A stretch of 64,000 nucleotides of DNA from Fonticula alba ATCC 38817 (Eukaryota > Protista > Nucleariida), in the NCBI GenBank assembly GCA_000388065.2, contig KB932202.1; one strand, 5' to 3'. The stretch's first letter is position 1; each line of letters begins with the position of its first letter. Position numbers and translations under genes: made by a program. The notes below the pieces were generated by a model. The model ran no database searches and had not been told where the DNA came from. It worked only from the letters and a program-made list of their open reading frames with translations. Below, in pieces: positions 22,753 through 36,285 of this stretch.

Positions 22753-25684
22753 TCACTCCGCATTCGCCAGTCCGACGATACGCGACCGGCGCCCGGTCCC
22801 ATCGATGACAAAGAGGTTTTTGACCAGGTCCCGGAAGAGGGTGGTGTTGTTCTTGTTCGCCTGGAAATGCGCATCGAAGCTGGGTGTGCCCGCGAGCGAG
22901 AGTGAGAAGAGACGGGAGGAGGTCAGCATACACAGGTGGGAGAGAGAGAGAGAGGGGGGGGGGGCGAGGGACGAACAGCCAAACGCAGGGGGGAGGGGGA
23001 GGACGCACTGCTTGCGGAAGGAGTCCAGCGAGATGGGGCTTGGCCGGCTGTTCCAGCGGTCCAGCAGGTCCTGAGCCGTGAGGAGGTTCGGCACTGTGTG
23101 TAGCGGTGTTGACAAGGGCCATCCGGGGCAGGGAGGAAGGGGGAAAGGGAGGGGGGGGGGGCATGAGCACGGCGATCTAAACGCGAGAGGATGCCAAAAA
23201 AAAGAAAAAGGCGGCGAGGAAGCGGGGCACTTACGGGTAGGATCGAGCTGCGGAATGAAAAAGGGAGGCGTCCGATCAGGGCGGCAAGACGAGACACATC
23301 ACCGTTAGAGCCGGGAGATGGAGTGTGCAAAGGCCGGGGGCAAAGAGAGGGGGCGGGGGAGGGAACAAGCATGAGCAGGGATCGGACGCACAGCCGGCTT
23401 CTTGGCCGCATTGCCGGCCGACTGGGGGCGCTTGCGCTTGCCGGTGCCGGCCAGCTGCGCGGCTTCCGAGGCGTCTCCCCCGGCAGCCAGGTCGGACCCG
23501 TCTTCATCGGCGTCCTCGTCACTGGTGAAGCCGCCGTCACTGACCGCGGCATAGGGGTCGTAGTCACTGGAGTAGTACTCCTCCGAGTCGGAGTCCTCCG
23601 ACTGCTGGCCACCGCGGTCAATGACCGACTCGCGCCAGACCGCCTGGAACTTGGGGTTGCGCCGGCGGGCGCGGTTCCGCTGCCGGCGCTCCTCATCCTC
23701 GATGGTGTCCATGGCTTGGTACTGTGGGCACGTGGAGTAAAACAGGCGCGCGCGCGCGCGCGTGTGTGTGTGTGTGTAGGTGCAGGCGCAGAACGTGTGG
23801 ATTTGGTGTGAGAGCGAGCCAGGACACCTGGCAGGACAGGGGGGGGGGGGGAGGGACCGGCGAGTGCCTGACAAAGGACAGGCGGGAGCCGGCAGGCGCA
23901 GGGGGAAGGAAAAGGTGCAGAGGGCAGCAGGCACACCGGAGGGCGCGGCAGCGGGCCCTGTCACGCACCGACAGATTGCGCTCCATTTCCTCATGGTCAA
24001 AGTCATCATGCACGTTGGAGCCGGTGTCATCGAAGAGCCAGGTGCTATCCTCATCGGGGTTGACCTCGACGTCCTCGAACTCCTCCTGGTCGTCGTCCTC
24101 GGCAAATTCGCCGAAGCCCTCCGGGTCATCGTCCGGGTTGTCGAACTCATCGATCGGGCCGGTGCCATCCATCAGGCGCCGGTACTGCCGGCCGCCGGAT
24201 TCACCCTCATCATCGTCGGACCAGTTGCCGGAGCGGCCACCACGGCCAGCACGACCAAAGCGAATGGCCGAAACACCCCTGCGACGGGAGCCAAAGCAGC
24301 GGAGCCAAGCAAAATGCAGGGAGGTTAGCCATGCGAGAGTTCAAGGGGGAGAGGTCGGGAGAGGTCGGGAGAGGTCGGGAGCGCGATGCTCCTGGAGAAG
24401 CCGACATACCCGCCGCTGCCGCGGTTGATGCGCCCGGCGATGCGCTGCTCCAGGCGGATGCGCTCCGCATTGCGGCGTTCGATTTCGCGGAACTTCTTCA
24501 GTGCCTCGGTCGGCTCATTCCGGTTGACCGGCGGCAGGCCGGCCTCCAGGGCGGCGGCATTTTGCGCGGCGATGGCGGCCTGCGTCGGCTCGGACGGAAG
24601 CTCCGAGACACGCATCGCCGCAAAGGCATAGGTCTGCGTCACCGGGATGACATTCAGCTGCCCGGGGTTGGTGGCGTCGCGCACCAGCATGACATACGTC
24701 GACCGGGTGGCCCCGTCCGTGGTGTCGGCCTTCCCGTGGTAGGTCGTGTCGCAGGCGGTAAGCGTCCACGGGGAGCGATCCTACATGCACAGGGGGGATG
24801 GCCACGCGACGAGGACATCAAGGAGACAGGGGCGGAAGGCGGAAAGGGGGGTCAGTCAGGCGGGGCGGCAGGCCGTCAGCCAGGCGGCGGAAGAGCCGGG
24901 AGAGGGGCGGGAGGATCGGACTACGAACACGCATGGTGACAAAGTGCGTCTCCGGGGTGCGCCGGTCGATGGACAGCTGGCGGGTCTTCTGCCGCCGGCG
25001 CCGGGGCTTCTCGTCGCCATCCTCGCCGGCAGCCGGGCCGGCGGCACTGGCTCCGGCTCCGGCGCCTGCAGAGCCAGCGGCCGCGGCGGCAGCAGCGGCG
25101 GCAGCTGCCGCCGGCGACCCGAGACCCAGGACACTCGACCCGGGGGTGAGCCCGGCCACGGCCGGGGTGTTCTGGGGCTGGTGGACCACACCACCGCGGC
25201 GGGTGATGAGTCGCTGCTGGTCCCGCAGGAAGCCCGATGCCTGCATGCGGAATTGTTTCCGGATGTTGAGCGTCTTCGGGCCGCCGGTGGCCGTGCCGGT
25301 GGCCACGGCATAGTCACGGAGCGACTGCAGGTCTTGCGAGGGGGTCTGGAAGGTCATCAGGTGGTACTGGTGCCCGATGTCAGCCAGATGCGAGACGAGC
25401 CTGAGCCCGGCACACGGCGAACGGGAGGGGGGGGGGGGGCGAGGGCATTTCAACGAGCGGTGAGCATGAGAGGAAGCGACACATGAGCGCGTGCGCGTGC
25501 GCGGGCGCACAGGCACACATGCAAACACAAGAAGGCGGTGTGCGGGGGACACAGGGAGAACGCACGTAAACTCCTCCATGTTGGCCGGGAGGTTTGATGA
25601 GAAAGGGGACCGGCGCTCCATCATCCGCCGGCTGGCGGCGGCGAAGGCGCTTCCAGGCGGGGCAGCGGGCGGATTCGAGCTCAT
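22753..25684 (-). CDS. GTF2F1: Transcription initiation factor IIF subunit alpha (RAP74/Tfg1), ~7 exons
   Basis: Dimerisation-domain pattern PWTLTACDTTYHGKADTTDGATRSTYVMLVRD...NVIPVTQTYAF, an acidic linker (EFAEDDDQEEFED...WLFDD), and a C-terminal winged-helix-like segment (LLTAQDLLDRW...FRDLVKNL). ATG at 25684 follows ACCATC. Confidence 0.75.
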
Positions 25685-26514
25685 GATGGTGTGTGTGTGT
25701 GTGTGTGTGTGCTCCGCCGCACAGAGGGAGATGGAGGAGCGGGAGGAAGGGCTGGGAGAGGCGGGGACGGCGGGGCTGTGGGGGGAACAAGAGGAAAGGC
25801 AACAAGCAGGGGAGGAGGAAAAAAGAACAGCGGGCAGGGGGAGGGGAGGCAACTAGATGCCCAGACGCGGTCCGTCAGGGGCTCCCACACCGCCCCGGCA
25901 AATGTGTCCCGGCCCTTGTTCGAGGCGGTTTTAGCTGCACCTCCGCATCTTGTGTCCCCCCCCCCCCCTCCCCCTCGTGCCCGGCTCCACACCCGGTCTA
26001 CGCGCGCGCGCTCGGCGGGCGCCGCGGTCCCGGGCAAGAAGGCGCGGCGGCCAGCCAGCAGGGGGCTGTCCGGACCCCTGGAGGCCGGGCTGCGGCATCT
26101 TGCACCGATTCTCGCGCCCAAGGGGGAACATTCTGCTCGGTGCCCCGGCTCCAGACGGGTCTGCGCGCGCGTGACCTGGATACCATGTGGCGTGATACAT
26201 TCCATGGCCCCATTCTATTCCCGCAGAATCGTATGCGGGCATGTTTCCCCCCGGGTCCGGGGGGGGGGGGGGAGCGGCGTTTCCCCGGCCACGCCCACCT
26301 TGCGTAGACAGGCCCCGGCCGTTTGAGGGGCCGGCCGTGGGGCTCGAGGGGGGGGGCGTGAGGTGCCTTTTCGGCAGACCTGCCGCCTTCCGTGGGATGT
26401 GTCTCTGGGTATCACCCTCCTCCATCCCGCTTCCTCCTCGCCTCTCCTCCATTTCCTGCTCCCCCTTCTTTTGATATCCCCCCCTCTCTCCCTCCCTCCC
26501 TTGCCCAACCGACT

Positions 26515-27869
26515 ATGAATAACGGACACGAGCTGACGTACGAGATCTTGCATGTGCCTCCTCCTCTCGGTGCAATGCCCACCTAACAGCCTGCGTTTTT
26601 CCCTCCTTCTGCCCGGACCCCGGGCTCGGCCGCCCCTCCCTCCCTTTCCTTCCCCCCTTCCCCGCCCGCCCCCCCCCCCCTCTCCCCGTTTCCCAGCGTT
26701 GTCCTCCCCGGTGACACCCTCTGGACCAACTGTCCATCGGTGGCGGCGGCCTCGCCGACGGCCGGGAACCTGGCCAGCGGCACGGAGAACGCCCCTCTGA
26801 CCCTGGGCCCCGGTGTGCGGGCCATCTTGCTGGACGCCGAGGCGGAGCCCAGCGACTCGGCCACGCCGGTGGCCATCGTCAGCTCCAGGGCCGGTGTGGC
26901 ATGGCGCGGTCCGGGCGCCGCGAAGAGCGCCTCCGCCCCGAAATCCCTCTGGGTGGAGTCCCACAGCCGCCGGGTGCGTCCTGGCACCGGCATTCACCGT
27001 CGGGGCTGTCTTTGCTCCGGCCTCGCTCGGTGCCCCCCCCCCCCCCGCCTTGCGATCTTGTCCGACGTCATCGCTGACCCTGGCTGCCTTGCCATTTGCC
27101 CCTTCCCCCCCCCCCCCTCGTCCAGTACCTTCCGGCCGAGAATGAGTCGGTGATCGGTGTCATTGTCGACCGCGCCGGGGAAACCTACCGCGTGGACATC
27201 GGCGCGCCCACTCTCGCCTCTTTGCCGCTCATGGCCTTCGAGGGGGCAACCAAGAAGGTCCACCCCGACCTCAAGGTGCGTGCATGCCCAGCCGGTCCTG
27301 ATCCTGCCCCCAGCTCGTCCCATGTGTTGGACTCACCTTTGCGTGCGCTCTTCCTGCTCGACCCCGCGCCGTGCCCTCCCCCTCCCCCCTCCCCCCTGTC
27401 TCCTGTGTCGCGGATCTGCTCGCAGCCCGGAGCCGTTATCTACACGCGCATCTCCATGGCCTACCGTGACCTGGACCCGCCGGAGCTGGACTGTCGCCAG
27501 GCCGATGGGCTTGGCGGCCATTATGGCGCTCTGCCGGTGGACGGGCCCATTTACTGCTTCAATGTGCCGATTGCCGCGGCCCGGCGCCTGCGCGCCCCAT
27601 GCCCGGCCGGCAACACCCGGCCCCCGGCCCGCGATCGCCAGCCCCTCAGCGTGCTGGACATCATGCGCACGCACTTCCACTTTGAGGATTGTGTCGGCGA
27701 CAATGGCGTCGTCTGGATTCGTGGCCTGGGCTCGCTCGAGGGGGCCAACGCCTACCGGGCAGTGGCTCTACTGGCCGAGGCCATCAAGATGGCCGACGGC
27801 TGCTCGCAGGACATGGTCAACAAGATTGCCAAGACCCTGGTCGATACCCTGGGGCTCCACTCTTCATGA
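26515..27869 (+). CDS. RRP40: Exosome complex component RRP40 (EXOSC3). Exons ~26515-26537, 26697-26974, 27126-27275, 27425-27869
   Basis: VVLPGD, LTLGPGVR, LWVESHSRRYLPAENESVIGVIV, YRVDIGAPTLASLPLMAFEGATKKVHPDLK (S1 domain) and FEDCVGDNGVVWI (KH domain). Introns are phase-consistent. Confidence 0.93.
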
Positions 27870-28762
27870 GAGGAGGTGCCCTCCCGGGGGGCGAGGGGCC
27901 AGGCGGCGGCTCCGGTGCAGGAGGCTGCGCGCGCGCGTTGCGGCATTTTCCCTCCCCCCCCTCCCCCCCCCCCTCTGTGTGCCCTCCCGGCTGCATGCTC
28001 TGGTGAGCGTGCCTCTGCCCGCACGCCTGCCGGCCCTGCTGGCCCCTCGCCCGATGTCGGTGTTCTCCCAGCGCGCGCACGCCCACACACACACACACAC
28101 ACACTCAAGCATGCGTGTGCCACCCCCTCGCATTTGGCTCCCTGATTGAATAGATAAAAAACCTCCCAAAAGACCCCTTCTTGCCCTTCTTGCCCGCCCG
28201 CTGGTGATTGCCTCCCTCCCCCCAGAGCCGGCAAATCGCGCACGCCCCCGGCGAGAGGAACCGGCGGGTGAAGGCGCCTGCGTGGCCAGATGCCAACGGT
28301 CGGAGCGGAATCGTGGAGCCCCGAGCATGTGATGTGCGCGCGCGCCGAATCTGTTACCTGCGCTCTGCCGCGCTCGGCGGCCTCTTGCGCACGCTAGTGT
28401 TGCCTCCCGGAAACTGGCGGCGCCGTGCGTGTCGGGGCGTGTGCGTCTGGGGAGGTGGTGGGTGGGCTGGGGCGGTTCCGGCCGCCGAGCCCCCGGGCCG
28501 AGGGCCGGTGGTCTAAGAGCAAGCCGCGCACAGCGGACGGGCACCTGGAAGGATACCCGTCGCCGGCCCCTCTCCCTCCCGCCTCTCCCTTGAGCCATCC
28601 CTTCTTCGCCTTTCTCCCTCCCTCCCCCTGTCCGGCAGGAGTCACCCCCCCCCCCTCCTCATACACATACACACACACACACACACATTCACGCACCGCA
28701 CCGCACCGCATCGCATCGCACCGCGTCCGCCTCTCCCCCCGACCGTCCTCCCCGCTGCCATC

Positions 28763-31350
28763 ATGTCTGCCCAGATGGCTGCCGCCCCTTCGGGCGCCGA
28801 GAGCCACGACCCCCCCATGCAGGAGGTGGATACCCCTCCTCCCCCGCCCCCGCCTACGGCTCACCTGTACCAGCTGAACCTGCAGAACCAGACGGCCGTC
28901 ACTGGTGGCGGGACTCTTGGTGCCGGGGCTGCCGTGATCGGCGCCTTCTGTGGTATTGACAAGCAGAAGGTGCGCGGCCCTCCCCCCCCCCCCCCCCCCC
29001 GGGCCTCTCTACCCGCCCATAACCCGGGGAAGAGGTCCCCCTCTCTTGCGTCGGGCATTCGCCAACGCACTCGCACATGGACACCCATTGACATACCCAT
29101 GCCCCGGACACGCACACACGCACACACGTACATCCGCTCGCCCCTTTGGCCTCTGCAGGAGATTGCCCTCATCCAGCACACCGCCATTACCCTTGTGCGG
29201 GTGGACGACGAGGGCCGCATCCATGAGATGTCCCGGACCGAGATGTTCGGTGTCATCCGCAGTGCCGTGGCCTTCCACACCTACGCCAGCAACAAGGGTG
29301 CGCCCCCCTCTCCCCTCCCCCCTGGCGGGGGGGGGGGGCCGGAGTGTCTCGCTCCCAAATCACCAGGACCATCGCTAACTCCCGCGCCCCCGGGCGCCCT
29401 GTGGCCCGAGCACAGACTTCCTGGCCATCGGCTCTGACTCGGGCAAGATCGTCATCCTCGAGTACAACCCGGTTATCAAGCAGTTCCTCACGGTGCACGA
29501 GGAGCCCTACAGCCGGACCGGCGTCCGGCGCATGGTCCCCGGGCAGCTGCTGGCTGTCGATCCCCTCGGGCGTGCCCTGCTCGTCGGTGCCCTGGATAAG
29601 CAGAAGCTTGTCTATGTGCTGAGCCGCGACCATGCCCACCGCCTGACCATCTCCTCGCCGCTGGAGGCCCATGTGCCGAACTCGGTCTGCCTGGCGGTGG
29701 TCGGCCTGGACGTTGGGACCCGGAACCCGGTGTTCGCGGCCCTGGAGTCCGAGTATGAGGACATGGACATGGACCCGAGTGGCGAGGCGGCCAGCGACCT
29801 GATCAAGGTCCTGTCGTACTACGAGCTGGACCTGGCTCTCAACCACATGGTCCGCAAGGCGCGCACTCCGATCGACGCGACTTCGCACATGCTCGTTCCC
29901 GGTATGTCGCCCTGCCGCACGCGCTGTTGGCCGTCGTCTCTCTCGCTCTCGCTCTCGCTCTCGCTCTCCTTGCTTCCCCCCTCAGCACGATCCCCTGCCC
30001 CGTCATCATCCTTCTGCTAATCCCTCCCCCCCCCCCCTCCCCGCGGCCATGTCCGGGCAGTTCCCGGTACCACCGGCTGTCCCTCGGGTGTGCTGATCTT
30101 CTCGGCGGACACGGTTGCCTGGCGCGGTGTCGGAATTGGCCCGGACACTCCGGAGCTCCGGGTTCCTCTCCCTCGGCGGAACCATCCCCTGGGTGACATT
30201 GCCCGGCCTTCGATGGTCACTTCGGCCGTGCTGATTCGCACCCGGAAGAATGTGCGTACCCTGGCCTTCTTCCTTTTCCGCCCTCCCCCTCCCACTTGAG
30301 TCGGTCGAGCCCCGGCTGGATGGTGGCATTGACGGTATTTGCTTGGCCCTGCCCGTGCCCCGTTCGGCCGCCGCGCCTCCCTCCAGCGTCGCATCGTGTA
30401 CCTCCTCCAGTCGGACGATGGGGATCTCTTCCGCCTGATCATCGAGCTCGATCCCAAGACCGCCCAGCCGGTGGACATGGTCCTCAAGTACATCGAGACC
30501 CTGCCCTCGGTGGCGGCATCGCTCTGCTTCCTTGAGGATGCTGGGGCCTTTTTCACGGCTTCGGAGTTCGGTGACCAGTACGTCCGGCAGCCGCTTGCGC
30601 CAGCTCCCCCTGGCCGGCCCCAAGGGCAGCCACGCCCCTGGCCACGCCCCTGGCCCTCTCTTGGCAGCTGCACTGACACCGAAACACCGCCCCCCCCCCC
30701 CCCTCCTGCACACAGCGTCGTCTACCGTCTCATCGAGTCCACCCGCGAGACTGTCGAGGAGGATCCCCTGCGCGCGAGCGACTTCACCCGGCAGTATGCC
30801 CAGTACTACCGCACGGATGCCGGGTTCGCCAACATGTCTCGGTCCTTTGGGTTTACCTCGCGCGTGGGCGCCGCCGATGCCACGGCCCTGGCCACGGCCC
30901 AGCGCCCTCTGGCTTTCTTCACTCCCCGGGCCCCGGGCGACCTGGTCAACCTGGCGCCGGTCGACTCGGTGGCCAGCCTGTCGCCGCTGATCGACTCCGG
31001 CATCCTGCCGGTCTCCTTCACCGACAGCTCCATCGGCCAGCATGTCCAGGCGTCCGACGGTCGGGTGATGGTCACCCTGACCGGGTCCGGCAGTGTGGGC
31101 GGTGGCGGGGCCGAGCTGCGCCTCTTGCGCGCTGGCGTGCGCTCGGTCATCGGCGACCGGGGCTCGGCGGTGGCCGAGTTCCCCGGTGTCCCGTCCGGCA
31201 TTTGGGCTCTTCGCCAGCGCCCGTCCGGTGCGTTGGTCCCCTGACGGCCCCTCCCCCACCTCCCGGGGCAACACATCCGTTCTCGCTGATCCCTGGGTGT
31301 TTGGCGGCTTTCCTCCATCCTGCTCCCCCCTCCCCCTCCCCTCCCCTCCC

Positions 31351-31386
<36 letters not shown>

Positions 31387-34300
31387 ATGCACCCGCGTAC
31401 TCACATGCAAATACCCCCCCCCCCCCCCCTTGCCCTCTTTGTGGCCGGTACCGGCCAAACCCACACAGACCTCTTCGATTCGTACCTGGTCCTGTCCTTC
31501 CTGAATGATACGCTGGTCCTCTCGGTGCAGAGTGCCCATGTGACGGTGGTCGAGGATGCGGCCGGGTTCCTGACCAAGGTGGCCACCATCTGCGCGGCGC
31601 ACCTCGGTGGGGCCGGCCTGGCGGACCAGAGCGCCGGCCTGGTGCAGGTCCATGCCAATGGTGTGCGGCACATCCGCCCGGACAAGAGTGTCCAGGAGTG
31701 GCGCCCGCCCCCGGGCACGCAGATTGTCCATGCCATCGCCAACACCCGGCAGGTGGCCATCACCCTGAACCAGGCGTCCGGCGCCGGTGCCTCGGGGGAT
31801 GATTTCGCCGAGCCCGGCGGGCCGATCGTCTATTTCGAGCTGGACCAGCATGGCCAGCTCAATGAGTACCAGCACCACAAGTCCCTGGGGGCCGAGGTGA
31901 CGGCCATGGCCTTCGGCATTGTGTCCGAGGGGGCGGTCCGGTCGCCGTTCCTGATTGTCGGCACGCTGGAGGACGAGAGCGTGCGAGTGCTGTCCCTGGA
32001 CCCGGATGGCTTCTTCGACACGCTCATGACCCAGGCCCTGCTGGCCCCGCCGTCGTCCATCCTGGCCACCAACTTGCAGGACCTGCCGGCTCCCGGCGCC
32101 GCGGCCCCCATCAGCGGGCAGTTCACCCTGCTCATCGGCCTGCGCAATGGCGTCCTCGTCCGGACCAACATCGACCGGCTGACCGGCATGCTGAGCAGCC
32201 CGCGCAACCGCCTGGTCGGCCACACCCCGGTCAAGCTGTCGCCCTTGACCACCAACTCCGTGCTGGACCAGAGCGCCGCCTTTGACCACTGCCGTGACGC
32301 GGTGCTGGTCCTGTCCTCCCCGGCTTCCTATGTGTGCTACTCGCACCAGGGGCGCGTCTCGGTCCTGCCGCTGACCATCGATGCCGGGGATGCTCCTGGT
32401 GCCGGGGCCGGGGCCGGGGCCGGGGCCGGGGCCACGGATGGCCCGGTGGCCGTCGACCATGCGGTCCCCTTCTCCACGGACAAGTTCCCGCGTAACTCCT
32501 TCTTCGCCATTTCCGGCCGGAAGATGCGTGTGCTGGACCTGACCCCGGCCGTGCCGGCCGTCGGGCCCGGCCTGACTGACGCCGGTGCCGGCCCCAAAAC
32601 CGACACCTCAGCCGGCGAGAGTGGCCTCATTCGCGGGGCGACCTTCCACACGGCCGCTCGCGTGGCCTTGCGCTACACCCCCCGCAAGATGAGCATCTGC
32701 CCGCGGCTGGGCCTGGCCTTTGTGGGGGAGGTCGACCACCGGGCATGGGGTGTGGATGATCTGCTCGAAGCCCAGGGCCAGCCGGCTTCCTCGAAGGACA
32801 CGGTGCGTCATGCCGGGCCGTGGCTCGTTGGATGGGATGCCATGCCATTGCTAGGGCAGGCCGCGGGCGCGGCCTGTCCCCGCGTGGCCTGTCTTGTCGT
32901 TTCTTTGCCCCCCCCCCCCCCCCCCCCCCCCCCCGGCCCCGGCCCCGGCCCCCTTCCGGGGCGGGGCCCGCCATTTTGATGGGCCGCCCCCCTCGCCCTC
33001 GTTGTCCTGCTGGCTAACATCGCTGCCCCGCCTCCCGTGTGCCAGTCTGCGGCATCGCTTCCGTCGGTGCGCGCGCCGGCCGGCTTCTGGGCCTCATGCC
33101 TGCGCGTGGTGGATCTGCGCCAAGCGCTGCACCTGGGCACCATGACCCCGGTGGCTCGGGGCACCCTGCCGGCCGATCAGCCCCTCACAGCCACGACATG
33201 GGTCGAGGAGCTCGGCAACAACCAGGCCATCACCAGCATGGGCTTTGTGATGCTCCAGCCCCCGGCGCCGGTCGGCCACACGGGGCCCAACCCCAATCCC
33301 CCGGCGCCGCATGTGGTTGTCGGCACGGCGGTCAACCTGCAGCTGGCCCCGCGCAAGTGCGCCGGCGGCAAGCTCCACGTTTATGCGCTGGATGAGACGG
33401 CCAAGACCCTAAGCCTGGTGCATACGGTGCGTGGGCCTCCTTCTATGTCTCTTTGCGCGCGCCTCCCCGCCCGCCCCTCGCTCGCCCTGCATCTCCATCT
33501 GACCCGCGACCCCGTCCTCTCCAGACCGACGTCGATGATGCGCCGACCGCCGTGTGCGGCTTCCGGGGCCGGCTGCTGGTGGGCCTTGGGCGCACCCTGC
33601 GCCTGTATGACAATGGCCGCCGGCGGCTGCTGCGCAAGTGCGAGAACCGCAACCTGCCGAACCTCATCACGCGCATCCAGGCCCCGGAGACCCCCGGCGG
33701 CCGGGGGGACGGTGCGGATGACCGCATCATCGTGTCCGATGTCCAGGAGTCCGTCAGCCTGGTGTCCTACCTGCCGGTGCCGGAGAACCATCTGGTGGTG
33801 GTGGTCGATGACACGGTGCCCCGCTGGGCCACCGCCGTCACGGCCCTCGATCATAACACCCTCGCCGTGGGGGATAAGTTCGGCAACTTCAGCCTCCTGC
33901 GCGTGCACCACGAGTCGGTTGGCCGCATCACCAATCCCAACTGGCACCCGTCGGCCGACCGGGTGGACTTCGAGCGCGGCCTCCTCGGCGGCGCCCCCTA
34001 CAAGGTATGCATTTGACGCCTCTCGAGGAGAGCCACACCGCGTCCTCCGTTGCCCACGCAGGGCCTCTCCCGCCACAGTGTTGCCCATCTGGCGCCGGTT
34101 CCTGTGCCTTCTCCCCCGCTTCCCCCCCGTCTACCCATGTGCTGACCGTGGATGCCTTCGGCTTTTCCTCCCTCCCTGGCCATCCCCCTCCCCCTCGCGC
34201 CTTCCCTTGGTGCTGTCTCCGGCTGCGGCGCTTGCAGTTCACCAACATCTGTGAATACCATGTTGGCGATATGATCACCTCCATCCATCGCGCCCAGCCG

Positions 34301-34638
34301 CACGCGGCCACCGGCGCCTCGGACGATGAGAACATCATGTACACCACCCTGCTCGGTGGAGTCGGTGTCATGGTTCCCATCCGCCGACAGACCAACATCG
34401 AATTCCTCCAGCTGCTGGAGATGCACATGCGCAATGAGGTGTCCTCCTTGATTGGCCGCTCGCACCTGGCCTACCGGTCATACTATACCCCGGTGCGCAA
34501 TGTCATTGATGGCACCCTGTGCGAGCTCTTCTCCACCCTGTCCCTGGAGAAGCAGGCCGCCATCGCGGATGCCCTGAACTCCGAGGTCGACGAGATTCAC
34601 ACCTACCTGGAGGAGCTCCGCGTGCAGACCGGCTTCTA
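28763..34638 (+). CDS. SF3B3: Splicing factor 3B subunit 3 (SF3b130/Rse1), ~10 exons
   Basis: HLYQLNLQ, FGVIRS, DSGKIVILEY, RTGVRRMVPGQLLAVDPLGRA, ISSPLEAH, GLDVGTRNPVFAALE, YYELDLALNH, ASEFGD, RHIRPDK, GDKFGN, GRSHLAYRSYYTPVRNVIDGTLCE. Stop TAG at 34636-34638. Confidence 0.97.
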
Positions 34639-35180
34639 GGGGGAAATGTGCAACTGCTCTGCTCCCCCGGCCTCCTGTTGCGGCCTTCCTTCCCATGCGC
34701 CGAGCACACGCACACCCGCGTGCATCTTTGCTCATGTGTTTACTTCAACACTGCTACCTGGGTACAATATACACACACACACACACACGCACACCCTCGC
34801 GCCTGCGCATGCTGTTCACTCATGTGTAGATACACACATATTTCCATGTATATGCATCTGCATACCCGTGGGAGCATCTTCCCCCAACGAAGGGTAATGA
34901 CGTCGAGGGGGAGGGGGAGCGACAAAGAGAGAAAGAAAGAGAGAGAGAGAGAGAGAGAGAAGGGCAGCCAAATTTGGACTGATGCATCACTGCGCGCAGG
35001 CTATGATCTAAAACTTGACAGGGGGGAGGGAGAGAGAAAACGCGCATACGCACGCAGGCCATACACGGAGAGGCGCCTCCGGGCATCGCGCGTGGCACAC
35101 CGACAAGGACATGATTTGAGGGGGGAAGAAAAAAAGGGAGGACCAGACAGGGGGGGGGGGGGGGGGGGGGGGGTGTATAT

Positions 35181-35681
35181 GTGGCAGACTCAGTCGATGA
35201 GCGAGCTGCTGCTGCTGGCGACGGATTCCGCCTCGGCCGCGGTGATGAGCATGACATTGCCACGACCACCGCCGCCGGACTCGGAACCGATTTCCTCCTC
35301 GGCAGTGATCTTGAACCCGGCGGCCGAGAGCTGCCGAGCAAACTCGTCATAGTAAGTGGCCCGACCGAAGTCGATGGTGGTAATGACACGAAGCAGGGGC
35401 TTGATGGTCTCCACCAGGAAGGACCGGCGCCGCTCGAAAGTCTGCGTGAAGTAGAGCAGGCCGCCCTCCTTCAGGAGATTGGCCTTCACATGGAGCAGGG
35501 CAGCCGACGGGTCGGGCAGCAGCATGAAGGACCCACTGAAGTAGACCGCATCAAAGCGCTGGCCACCGGGCGGCAGGAAGTAATCGTAGATGGACATATG
35601 CTCGACCTGGGGTCCGGAGCGCGCGCCGGAGAAGGGGCAGGAGGGGCAAAGGACCAGGTGTTATCCGTGCAAAGCAAGAGT

Positions 35682-35714
<33 letters not shown>

Positions 35715-36231
35715 GGGGAGAAGAACACGAGGGCGGGGGTGTCGATCTACAAGCCGGACGTACGTTCACCAGGCCCGAGGCGTTCTTGTCGCGGATGAGA
35801 TCCTGCGCACGAGCAATGTAATCGGCATCGATGTCGACACCCTTGATGCGGAGTTGGCGCTCGTTGATGATAGAAATGTTGTTCAGGAGGGCAGCCGCGG
35901 TGCCTGAAATGCCGGGATGCGGCGCGTGAGGTTGGGCGTGGCGAGAGGGGAAGGGGCGAAGGCAGGAGCCACGCTCCAGAGGGGAGGAGAGGGGGGGGAG
36001 GAGGAGGAAACGCACCGACACCGACATCAAGGACGCTGGACTTGGCCGGCAACTTCTCCAACACGGTGCGGTACCACTCGGAGGTGAACCAGACGATGGC
36101 CGCGTCATAGATGGCCGCACGAGTCCAGCGACGCCAACGGTCGAACCTGCTCGGTGACAGGGGGACAGCGGGGTGGGAAAGGGGGAATTGCGCGAATGCA
36201 AGTGTTTTGGCGCGCATGTGTGCGAGCAGGG

Positions 36232-36285
<54 letters not shown>
